From Selaginella moellendorffii (Eukaryota > Plantae > Lycopodiophyta), in assembly GCF_000143415.4 (NCBI RefSeq), contig NW_003314263.1:3164041-3228040 (forward strand): a DNA stretch of 64,000 nt, written 5' to 3'. The notes under the pieces were generated by a model. That model ran no database searches. It had not been told where the DNA came from and worked only from the letters and a program-made list of their open reading frames with translations. Numbering within the stretch: the first letter of the stretch is position 1; each line of letters begins with the position of its first letter. Position numbers and translations under genes: made by a program. Shown here in pieces: positions 1 to 17,008 of this stretch.

Positions 1-558
1 AAATGCCAATGCGCCTTGTTCATCGTCCACTGTCCAGAGCGGCCGTGGCGATGAACTTACTTCCTTTCATCTCGCACTGCGAAGAAAACCTGCTGTATAT
101 GCCGATGCTGCGCCATCGCTCCAAGATTTCGCTCCTCTCTGGCGACTGAAATGCATATACATTGGCGCCAGCGCCGCCGTCCTTCCATCGATCGGCGATC
201 TAGCACCAGCTAGAAAAACCCTAGACGAGGAATCCAAGCCCAAGCGCGAGTGCCTTTCGAAAATTGCGGTGCTATAGAATCTTGACACACTCGTGGCGCA
301 ATCCTCACCGTCAGTTCATCCACTGTTCCCGCTCTCTCTCTCTCTCTCGGTAAGTCGGCAATGTCAACATCAAAGCAGGTTTGATCTTCCCAATTCCATG
401 CATTCTCTCTCTCTCTCTCTCTAGGAAGTTCTCGCTACATGTAGCTCCTGGGATTTTGGAGTGTCTTGAAATATACGTACTCATTTGATCATTTTTATCG
501 GCTAGCTCTCACTGTTCTTCTTCTTTTCTGCCTATTTCTTTCAAGAGAAGCTGGCCAG
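1..558 (-). pseudogene. Degenerate copy of IMPACT exon 1 plus upstream sequence; dispersed repeat, runs off the left edge
   Basis: 1-~285 aligns by eye to 6443-6750 (exon 1 and promoter of the intact IMPACT gene) with indels. 1-558 aligns colinearly to 40084-40550, including the (CT)n tract and the shared end ...tcaagagaagctggccag. Confidence 0.8.
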
Positions 559-729
559 AAAGACGAATTTTCTTGTACAAATCATCGGGAAAAGAAGAAA
601 TGGAGACTAGCTCTCATTGATTATCTCAAGAGAAATACGGAAATATAATAAGCTTAAGTGAAAAACCTTTTACAAAATTTTAAGCTCATCTGATTCTCAA
701 ACCTTCTTGCAGCCCCAGGAACATCTTCA

Positions 730-1170
730 GTGTCAAGTTTGAATAGCTCATCCTCCTTCAGGTCAACATATTCTGACGCAGGAACTATGGTGTTGCAGTT
801 GGAGCAGCTGGATACCTGGACTATCGCCGATGGTGCCTCCACTTACATTGAGAGTCCGGGACCAATTCTCCAGTGCGTTTCCGACGTGAAATCCAATCAC
901 CATGAGTTTGCGAAACAGGGAATCTGCGTGTATATGGAGCCCTGGAAGCTGCAGGATTGTGATGACGGCGCCAAGGCAGTTGGTTTGAACATCACGGATA
1001 TGCGAGATCGATATCCCTACTGCGGAGGAGTTCCCAGATACATCTTTTACTCGGACACGAGCAGACTCAAGAGCCTCATCAACGATGCTTTTGCGAATGT
1101 TAGCAACGTCTGCGAGTTATTGAAGAATCCTGATAGCGAGTTTTCCAACAAGATTTTACATTATAGATCA
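730..1170 (+). pseudogene. Fragment of a Crinkler/RHSP-type (CR) NTPase domain
   Basis: Translation SPGPILQCVS...HHEFAKQ...VYMEPWKLQD...RYPYCGGVPRYIF...SNKILH resembles the 'yMpxW...GGVPRYV/IF...shxLxH' C-terminal half of CRN/RHS-associated NTPases. No Walker A and no ATG start, so a fragment. Family call is from motif recognition only. Confidence 0.5.
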
Positions 1171-1379
1171 GTTCTTTGCTTTTTCTTCTTTCAATACATG
1201 CTCTTCTTTTGCACGTCTCAGCGTCCACAAGAAATAGATATAAGGGTGGAAATTAAAACATGTTTAATAAAACTCCCTTTACCCAAAACTTTAAACACAC
1301 ATTTCATCCCTTAAGCTTGTAAAAAAGGACATATTTTAGGTTTTCACTTGTTGTCCTTTCAGCAGAGAAGCCAGCAGCG

Positions 1380-2342
1380 ATGCCAAACAAAAGCAGCAAG
1401 GTGTACAAGGAGCTCCATCTTCTCCAGAACTACCCACTGTTTTGGTCTTTGTCCTCCCAGCAGAGTACGTTTGGAAGCGTGGATGAGCTGAAATCGTACC
1501 TGAAACAGCAGCACCCGACCTGTATGAAGTGCAATCGTGGTGAGTGCAGCAACTTCGACTACTTCAACAATGACAACATTGGCCAGCCAAGGTATCGCTG
1601 CAGTCAGTGCAAGGAAAAATTCACTTATGGTGGAAAAACAAGACCAACCTACATGAAGCGGCCAAGATCAAGCAGCACTGGGGAAGTTGGCATGGCACAT
1701 GAGAAGAAGAAGCTCAAGCGCGCTCCATTTGAAGACGAGAGGAAGAAGGGTTCGCTGGTCCACGAAAGTCAAGCGAAGCAGAGTGGTCAACAGGCCGATA
1801 AAGCTGGGGCGGTGATCCAGGACATGGAAGATTTTGACATGGATGACCTGGAGGTGGCTAGAATCATGGCACTGGTCGAGGAGAATGAAGTCCCAAATGA
1901 GGAGGAACACATCCCTCTTGTGTTCCCTGAGGTGGCAGAAATTGTAGTGAGTGACGAAGAGATGACTGAAATTCTGTCGTCAAATCTCGAGGATGTGGAT
2001 GATGAGGAGATGCTAAATCTCGTGCTTGAGGAGGTTTTGGAGCGGCCAAAACACGAGGAGGGCTTGGCGGAAATTCAAATTGGCAATGGGGAAACAAGCC
2101 AAATCCTCCAAAGGAATGTGGACAATGAGGATCTTGTGCTTGAGGGGGATTCTCAGGAGGAGCAGGCAGAGGCAATGGAGGGGGACATTTATTTTGCTCT
2201 TGAGCTTGAACAGGATCTTCAGGCCGAAGAAGATAAGCGAAAGGAGGAATCCATGATGCTCTGGAAGATTGAATTGGAGAAAGCTAAATGGAGTGATATT
2301 TTTAATTTTAAAACTAATCGGCAGGGTAGTATTCTTGGTTGA
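1380..2342 (+). CDS. Single-exon 320-aa protein with a divergent Dof-like C2C2 zinc finger, basic NLS-like patches and an acidic tail
   Basis: CMKC-x22-CSQC with FDYFNNDNIGQPRY and FTYGG, matching the Dof consensus (CPRC..KFCYYNNY..QPR..C..C..YWT.GG). KRPR and KKKLKR follow, then an E/D-rich C-terminus. ATG to TGA is open. Confidence 0.65.
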   Translation: MPNKSSKVYKELHLLQNYPLFWSLSSQQSTFGSVDELKSYLKQQHPTCMKCNRGECSNFDYFNNDNIGQPRYRCSQCKEKFTYGGKTRPTYMKRPRSSSTGEVGMAHEKKKLKRAPFEDERKKGSLVHESQAKQSGQQADKAGAVIQDMEDFDMDDLEVARIMALVEENEVPNEEEHIPLVFPEVAEIVVSDEEMTEILSSNLEDVDDEEMLNLVLEEVLERPKHEEGLAEIQIGNGETSQILQRNVDNEDLVLEGDSQEEQAEAMEGDIYFALELEQDLQAEEDKRKEESMMLWKIELEKAKWSDIFNFKTNRQGSILG

Positions 2343-2499
2343 TTGAATCAACAACAAAATCAACACAATCAGGATAGAAAAAAAAAACAAATACTCCCAT
2401 GTTTAGTGTAAAATTTATTAATAGTATTAGATCGAAGTACCACTTTTTTGAATTAAAGATGATGTTCACAACAAGAATTTTTCACTGGTCCTGAAATCG

Positions 2500-4740
2500 A
2501 TCAAAACCTTGTTTCCAGATCTGATGTGACAGCGGCAAGATCGGGTCCTTGGCCTTCTTTTCCGCAATGCTCCAAACGCATTGGGGCCATGGTTACCATT
2601 TTCTTGCATAATTACTGCTCGGTTTTCCTTGTCAGTGCTATGAACGTCGGCCTTGCTCTCGTCCTGCTTTGGAGATATGGCCATCGAGGCCTCTCAACTC
2701 TGGCATATAAAGACTGCGACAGCGAATGGGGAATCGTTGCTCCAAGAGCTTGAAAGGCCGTCTCTTCTGCTCGATCCAGGACAATTCTCCCTGCTCCGTT
2801 GCAGCATACATCCATACCAGCATCTATCACAACAAGCTTGCGAGTAAAAGCATTCGGTATATAAGAGAAACAAACCTACATGTCCTTTGAATGAAGAATC
2901 GCACAGTGCGTTTGCAAATTCAGGAATTGTAGCCTCAGCTACGGCTTTCAACTGTTCGTAAGCCCGCTTTGTATAAACACCTAGCTCGTGCAGCCTGTGA
3001 AAACATAAAAGAAAGGTAAAACAATCAAAGAAAGAGCTTGCACAGTGCCCCTCGGCACCTTGAACGTACTGCAGACGTCCATTAGCGGCACTTCCTAGTG
3101 GCGAAACTTCAGTATTATGGAACAAAGGTCGACCATACATACCTGAACAAGCTTGGACAATATAAGAGCCACAAAAAAGCGTCTGTACACACGCAAGTTT
3201 TGATCCTCTCACTACCTTTTATACTCCTTTTACAGCCCTGCATTGGTGCTCCATGAGCCATGCGCATCAGGGATGCCTCGGTCACCCCAACTGTAGCAAC
3301 TGCCTGTAAAATGCGAAAGCATTACAATGTCTATTTCTAGCTTTCGTCTATAAGAACCTGATCCACATAGGACAATTCGACAAATCTTTGATAGTAAACT
3401 CCCCAGTCCGGTTCAAGCTCCATGTGAATAGGAGTAACCTCGTAAACAAGGTGCAAATCCGACGCTAAAACAAAACTATCACGGGCTTTAGCAAGATCCT
3501 CAAAGACAACCTGCATCCACATAATTAAAATTCGTCATTGCCAGCAAAAACGAGCGAGAACGTACCAAGAATTCTTCCGGGCGGAGCGAACTGCCAAACG
3601 CTGCTTTTCCTAATGGAGTTATTTTTGTAGACCTGTAACTCCTGATCCCACTCTATCAGTCGCTTGTGGCACAGAAAAGAATCTTGAGCAGACTTCACGA
3701 CGTCATCAAAAGGCTGTGTAGAGTTGAGAAGGGTGCAGAGCGGTTGACATCCTATGCCCACCTCCAAAACGAGCTCTCATCATTCCATTCTTTTCCTCGG
3801 CGAGACATGACCGCAACGGTTGACAACCTTCTTTCAGAATGGGAAGCTCCTCACTTTTACAGATTAATATCTGGAAAACCAACATTCGGCAAATTTCAGA
3901 ATACATAAACGAGACAAGTCTTACACTCTCGCCATGCGTGTCTATCCCTGCTCTTCTTGCTCTTCCAGCCATTTGCCTGTATCTCGTCGGGCAGTGGTTT
4001 CGCAGGCATGACGACTTGAACAAAACAAAAGCACAGAATGGCCTTACTAACCACCTAGACAACAAAGAGCACAAACTGAAATCAGTAAGACCTATGAAAG
4101 GTCTTTGTCAAAACACAAAAGTAACCTCATGGCATGGATGGACGATGTGATCTGGATCCTTGCCGCTAAGTTCAGAGCCTGCTTTTAGAGCACGAACAGT
4201 ATTCATACTAGTATCGTAAATGACTTCAATGTGTTCGTCTAAAGGAACCGGGCGAGGCGAAAGTTAGTCTCATAAAATGCAGCCTGCAAATTATCATCAT
4301 GGTCTGTAAGACTTGAATAAAAGATTGCAATACCTGAAGCCATGATGCAACGGCTGCTACATTAGGCATCGTTGCACTCATTCCTATAATTTGCAAGCTC
4401 GTGGGGCCGTCGTGCTGCTGCTTTCATAGTCACCTTTACCGGCCGCATATCGTAGCTTAGTTCTAGCAAATAACCTCTCTCTTTATCTCCAACCTGCACT
4501 AGACTGTTAGAAGAAAGATATTGGGATGTCAGTATACATACCATATGAAGCTCATCTATAACTACGACTGCTAGTTGGGACAGCTGCCCGTCCGAGTGAG
4601 TTCGCTTTTTGATGGTACGAACTGCAAGTGAAGTATCTTGAGGTAGCGTTTTACTCCCGTGAGTCCCAAAATATCCACGGACACAACATGTTCCAAGCCT
4701 CCTCAAGCCACTCCCATCGACAGAACCGCAAACGTAAGGC
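2500..4740 (-). pseudogene. TEBICHI / DNA polymerase theta helicase-domain pseudogene (intron-containing, with deletions and frameshifts)
   Basis: Colinear pieces: [97 protein letters not shown](frameshift)AVAEATIPE, NGAGRIVLDRAEE. Large internal gaps and no polymerase domain. Confidence 0.8.
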
Positions 4741-4903
4741 TTCCATGCGTACAGCACTTGCGAAAGTCCCAGCTGTGAAAGTTGCCCTCTAAAGTTGCCA
4801 CCTCTTTCCACGTCCATGGTTGTTTTTCTCTGTCCAGCACCGCGACCACAGCTTTAGAATCATATATCCCACAGCATGTCGAAGAGCTATCCACAGCACT
4901 CCA

Positions 4904-5579
4904 CTAAACTCCATTTGGATCCGCTAAACTCCGCCACATCTTCGATCTGGAGCAGCACAAGTGCGGAGTGGTGCGAGAAGTAACTGAGATAGTACTGATG
5001 AACACCGTGTTGAGAGACGTCAGGCAAACCGTTTGGTAGCGAGCAAGTGTCCTAATACCCAGCCTCGAGTCAAACACGTACGGGGAAAGCGCGATCCGGA
5101 AGAATTGCTTGCCGTCACTGACATACGTCGCCAGCACCTGTGTGCACTTGTCGATAAAACTGTCGATAGGATGGAGCTGGACCCATTGCTGCGTCAGTGG
5201 ATTCGAAACCGGCATAAGACGAGGCCGCCGTGAGAAAGGTATGGCACAGAAGCTTCGGGTGCAAACCGAGACTCCCAACAATCCGGCAGCTCTTTCATGA
5301 CTGGTTCCTTTCTGCAAAAGAGCGAAGTTGTTATTTCAAGGAAATGCAGTATAAAAGTATTACCGAAGCTGCTGGAAGGTAATATTGCAAGTAGCGAGTG
5401 GGTTCATCAAGTCGTTCGTGAAGCAACAAGACGGTCGAGTGACCATTTTGTCTCCACAGGAGCCTGAAACTCGGATCATCCAGCATGCGAGCCCAGTGCT
5501 TGCATACCAGCTTGGACCATGCTACGTCCGCGGCTAGTAGCCAGGAGAGTAAATATGTCTGAAGCTCCAGCGGTAAGCT
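4904..5579 (-). CDS. F-box protein coding segment with no ATG of its own (2 exons; pseudogene or 3' extension of the IMPACT transcript)
   Basis: From 5579 (-): SLPLELQTYLLSWLLAADVAWSKLVCKHWARMLDDPSF is an F-box motif. A ~50-bp GT-AG intron (~5363-5312) joins it in frame to KGTSHERAAGLLGVS...PVSNPLTQQWVQLHP, a typical F-box-associated motif. Stop at 4904. Confidence 0.6.
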
Positions 5580-5662
5580 TCAGCAGGAAGAATTAAAAGG
5601 AGAAGCAGAAATCCAGTTAGCTCTAAAGCTTAAGTTAAAGGAGAGAAAAATAACCTTTTACT

Positions 5663-6657
5663 CTAGGAGTTGGTTGTTGTAGCTCGTTGAATTGTGATGC
5701 CTCCTCTGCATGCATTGGTGAGAGAGCTTTCAAGTTCGTCAGCTCTACCAGCATCGAGCGAGAGTTGGATTTCTACACTGCTACTTTCATCATCTTCGTC
5801 ATAGCTTTCTTTAATGTTCTCGGTTCCGTGAAGCTGAAGCTGGATTCATCGCCCATCAAGTCAGAAAGAACAAAACTAATAACACCAAAGCTTACAAGAG
5901 GGTACACAGCTCCAAGATGATCAAACCCAAACTTGAGAACCAGGGAGATCTACAAACTCGATGCAAGTCAGGAGACAACACCAAACTACATAAGGAAACC
6001 TTTGCTTTGACAATGTGCGTCGGTGCGTCTTTGAGGCAGTCAGCAGCGATTCCTCCATAAGCTCGAACGAGTCCTCCAGTTCCAAGCTTCGTTCCACCAA
6101 AGTACCTGGATTTCCAATTAGCCTTTGTTCTTTCGTTTGGAAAAACGATGATAGGTACCTCGTGACAACGACCATAACTCCATCCACACCAGAATTTTCT
6201 ATGGCAGCATAGATTGGCCGTCCTGCCGTTCCTCCAGGCTCTCCATCATCGCTAAAACGATAGCGTTCTTTGATCTAAGCTGGAAGAAAATGAAACATTC
6301 AAGCAAAAAAACGAAGGCGAACTAAAAGAACCACCTTGTAAGCCCAGCAATTGTGAGTTGCGCGTGGATCCGAGACCTTAGAAACAAAAGAAATGAGTTA
6401 TGATCGCGATTTTCTTCTTTGCAAAACTAGACCTCGGAGAGAATTGCCAATGCGCCTTGTTCGTCGTCCACTGGAGCTGCTGTGGCGATGAACTTACTTC
6501 GTTTGATCTCGCACTGCGAAGAAACCCTGGACGAGATTGTTGTGTATGCCAATGCTGCGCCATCGCTTGAAGATTTCGCTTGGCGACTGAAATGCATACA
6601 CATTGGCGCCAGCGCAGCCTTCCATCCATCGATCGGCACTATGCTTTTAGCAAGCAT
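5663..6657 (-). CDS. IMPACT/YigZ (UPF0029) family protein, intact, 6 exons, ~239 aa
   Basis: Exons 6657-6433, 6376-6335, 6274-6159, 6105-6000, 5949-5896 and 5839-5663 splice in frame with GT-AG introns. Motifs [60 protein letters not shown]. Confidence 0.9.
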
Positions 6658-7256
6658 CGCTCCCAGCTAAAAACCCTAGAAAAAAATCACGAGGAATCCA
6701 AGCACAAGCGCGAGTGGCTTTCGAAAATTGCGGTACTATAGAATCGTGACAAGTGGCAGAAGACATGTGGTCCCACGTGGCAGAATTCTAGTCGTTTGTC
6801 AGCAGGGTTTTTGTGATCTTCTAGCCCAGCTAGGGCGACGAGGAGAATCGATGCTCTCGCGGCGCTCATCTGCAATCATCGATCGTGTTTTCCTGGAATG
6901 TCGCTGCTTCACTCGGGGTATTCGCTGCTAATCCGTCGCCGGGAGCCGTGCTTCGCCACTGCCGAGCGCAATGCCGGATTGCGCTGCGATGCTGTGACAA
7001 TTTCCAGGCGAGGAGCTTGGATAGAGGTAGATTTCTTGCCTTCTACTCTCGCGGCATTGTATATTGACGCTGGAGTTTCTTCGTTGGTCGCAGGAAGCGA
7101 GTGATAAGTGGGAGGGAAACGCTGTGAGGAGGAATTCTTCATGGATCGGGCCGAGAAAGAGCGTAATTCTTGTCATATAACATTCCATAGACTGGATTTT
7201 GATGAATTCGTCGCAGGGATTGAGAGGCCTTCACTGTTGCAGCCATCGATCGAAGA

Positions 7257-11098
<3,842 letters not shown>

Positions 11099-11556
11099 CG
11101 AGTGACAGTTGCCTGGATGGAAATCACGTTAAAAACATCCACTAGAGGTATGCAATATTTTAAGTTATCACTGTTTACCTGTGTTTGCTGATAAACACTT
11201 TTTGTTCGGTTGATAGAGAGCTGGTTCCCGGTGATCACGGAAGAACCATTATCGTTTTATTGACCGCGATATTATTTTTCTTTGCGGATCTGACGCTCAA
11301 CGTCAAGGGGTGGCAGTCACACGCATCAGTTAAGTTTGAAAATTTCAGAAGAATCTATCAAGAAGAAACAAAAGAATCCACAGTGAGAAGAAAAAGAGAA
11401 GGAAAAGACTGCTTACCTTAGCCGCGTCAAAGTTCCAGAGAGAGATTGATGCGTCGAGTAATGCCAACAGGACTTCGTTTCTAGAATCCTGCGAAGCTGC
11501 CGCGGTATAATCATGTTCCATAGTGCTGGTTGGTGTTGAAACTTTAAAAGCTCTGA

Positions 11557-12897
<1,341 letters not shown>

Positions 12898-13281
12898 AGA
12901 ATGAGATACTCTTGTAACACTATCACAACAATCGCATCAGTGATTCCTCAAAGAGACAAGTCAAATGAAATAATTTCACATACCAAAAGGCTGTGCTTCG
13001 CTTTCTGAATTTCCTTTCCGTTATAGCACTACAGCAGACATGCCTGCACTGTAGCCATCATATTGTCTGAAGCTAAAACAAGAAATATTAAAAGTTACCT
13101 CGAAAAAGCATCGGTGTCAAATCATTTTGCTTGTAAAGTTGCGACTGACTCGAGCCGCAGAATGCGAATCACATCATGAACATTTGTCATGCGTACCTGC
13201 AAAAAAATGAGACTTTGAAACTTCAATCCACTGAAAGCCTACCAACCTTGACCATGTATGTGTACCTGTTCTCGATCATAG

Positions 13282-14534
<1,253 letters not shown>

Positions 14535-14607
14535 AAACATGTTAAGTGTGATTTAAGCTTTTGCGAACAATAAAGCTGTGGCTTACTTGTCTATAGCTTT
14601 TCGGGAT

Positions 14608-16761
14608 TCAGTAGCTGTATCTTCTATCCGTCTTTCCAATAATAACTCGCTCGTCCTGAAGGACCTTCAGGTCGGGTGCGAGAAGGCGAGTGTACCGATC
14701 AAAATACAATAGTTGTTTGAGTAGAAGACCGAACTCGCGTGGGAACCTCAATCCATAAGCCTCACTTAAGCGAAACTGTTTCAAGGATATAGCAGAATGT
14801 AGTGGTGTCTTAAGAGTAATCAGAAACATACCACATCAAGAAGCAAAGCGTTTATTTGTCGCTCATCAACAGCCAAAGTAGCAGCAACAGTAGCTCCTTG
14901 TGGTCCACCAGCAGTTGTGATGCGAATGTCCGAGTCCAAATCCTATGTCGCTAACGGGTGTCGGTGCATCATTTTAAAATTCTTTTCATTACATACCTTA
15001 ACAGCACTAAAAATCTTCTCCAAATCTTTAGAAAAACGAAGTAAATCCACCTTCTTGTCTGTAGCACCCATTTGATTAAGTGCAGTTGCCATTGCATAGT
15101 AATCCCCGGTTCCAAAGGAAGCCAAAAACGTTTCTACGGCTACCCACGTCTTAGGAGAAACGCGGCCAACAATTCCTGCGGCAGATACAAGACGTAAGCT
15201 ACAGTGGCTCAAAACATTTATAAGTTACCGAAATCAATAAAACCGATTCGACCATCTCGAAGCACCAAAAGGTTGCCCGCATGCACGTCTGCATGAAATG
15301 TCTCGCAGCCAAGTAAACTTCCAAACCTACAGGCAAACTAAGTAGTTAAGTCAAAGACGTAAAGCAAAACTTACCAGACATTTAAGGCAGTGATCAACGT
15401 TGCTTCCGGATTTGGAACAATTGAGCTGATGGACTTTAGATCTGTTAAAGGTACCCCATACAAACGCTCCATCGTCAGCACTCGCCGAGTGCTACAATGG
15501 CGATACACAACTGGTGCAGTTGCTTGTTTGAAAAGGTTCATGGTTTCTAGATACGTTCGAAACGATTCAACGTTGACAGCTTCCTTTTGGAAGTCCGCCT
15601 CTTCCATAATCGATGTTCTCAAATCACCTATAACGGATACCTGAAAGAAGTGACCCTTGTAACAGGGAAAACGAAGACAAAACAGCTTACCAAAGATGTT
15701 CGACTTATTTGTGGATTGAGAAATTCCAAAACACGCGCGGCAACGTACAAAAAGTTTAAATCTGCTCTCAGCACATCCACTACTCCAGGCTTTAGTACCT
15801 TGATAACAACATCTTTCTTGCTTCCCTTCAGCCGTGCAGCATGTACCTAAGCTCGAGGAAAAAAAATAAACATACGAAACTCAAAAGAAAAACATAAAAA
15901 GCATTCACCTGAGCAATAGACGCCGAGGCAAGAGGAGCGCTATCCACATACTCATAAACATCATCTAGAGAACGTCCCAGGTCTTCCTGAATGATAGCTT
16001 TGACATCAGCAAAAGGTATAGCCGGAGTGCGATCGAGGCAACTTTGAAACTCGTTCACGTACTCGTCGGGAAACAACGACGGAGACGATGCGATAAACTG
16101 TCAGAGAAAAATTAAGTGTCAGCAACACAAATCAAAGAAGAGAAAAAAAGAAAGAAAGAAAGAAAAGAGATACGAACACTACCTGGCCCAATTTTATGTA
16201 AGTAGCACCGAGCCTCTCAAAGAGGCGTCTCAAGAGCCGAGGTGGAGAGCTGCTTAGTGTGGATCCACCCTGGTCACAATTTTCGCACGAAACTAAGCAC
16301 GAAAATCTGGAGCGAGGGAGCAAACGAGTATACTTGAGCTTGCTCCACAAACCACTGTGCTCCAATGGAGACGACGGCTTCCACGGCTTGGGCCAAACGA
16401 AGAACGCCTCGAGGCCCGGTATCAACAGTCATGCGAAAGATATCCGCGAGAAGATCGTTGAATTTCCCTGGCATTGGAGGAGCAAAGCTAAAACCAATCG
16501 TTCGATGAATCGCGTTGCTTACCCGATTGAGATTCGGCCGGTCTTGGAAAGGGAGAGGACGATGACGCTGTTCTTGCTCGCACGGAGAGCCGGCACTGCC
16601 GCGACTTCGCGAAATTCGGCATTCTCAGCACCTGGCAATGGATTTTCGGTGAAATCGGGTGAAATCGAAACGCGATTCGAGCTTACCTGGAGCTGGCGCG
16701 CGCCTGGAAATGCCGCATTGAGCGCGTATGGCGCTCTCGTGGACGCGCTAGTGAGCGCCAT
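14608..16761 (-). CDS. ABC1K9: ABC1/UbiB atypical kinase, ABC1K9-like (plastid), multi-exon
   Basis: Transit-peptide-like N-terminus; TGPRGVLRLAQ, LGATYIKLGQ, PLASASIAQV, VLTMERLYG, FHADVHAGNL, FPREFGLLLKQLLYFDRY. Confidence 0.85.
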
Positions 16762-17008
16762 AGCAAGAACCCTAAACTATTAGGAAAGAAAGGACCATGG
16801 CATTATTTCAAAACGATCTTACATGGCATTTGTCTGTTTGGCCGACATTGGGAGAGAAATAATTAATGGGAATCTCTCGCCTGTGTGGATCGAGGCGCTG
16901 GGACGAATGCCCTAGGTCTTCAGCTGGAGAGAATCCGCGATGCCGCGAGGTTTTCTAGGGTTTTGGCGGGGAGGAACGAGGCAGAGGATTTGCTAGCGGC
17001 GGCACGCC
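16762..17008. promoter_or_regulatory. Short divergent (bidirectional) promoter between ABC1K9 and BIG
   Basis: Head-to-head ATGs 247 bp apart; telo-box-like AACCCTA/TAGGGTTT at ~16768 and ~16956. Confidence 0.55.

Noticed and set aside
332-422. (CT)n tracts (also 40412-40433) and poly-G at ~41104-41120
   Set aside because: Ordinary microsatellites within the repeats already described.
654-842. Protein-like minus-strand ORF (EYVDLKEDELFKLD...)
   Set aside because: Could be another captured exon, but I cannot assign a family and it overlaps the CRN-like fragment.
6687-7188. Cluster of short ORFs between IMPACT and ECA
   Set aside because: GC-rich divergent promoter/5' UTR region with no domain signal.
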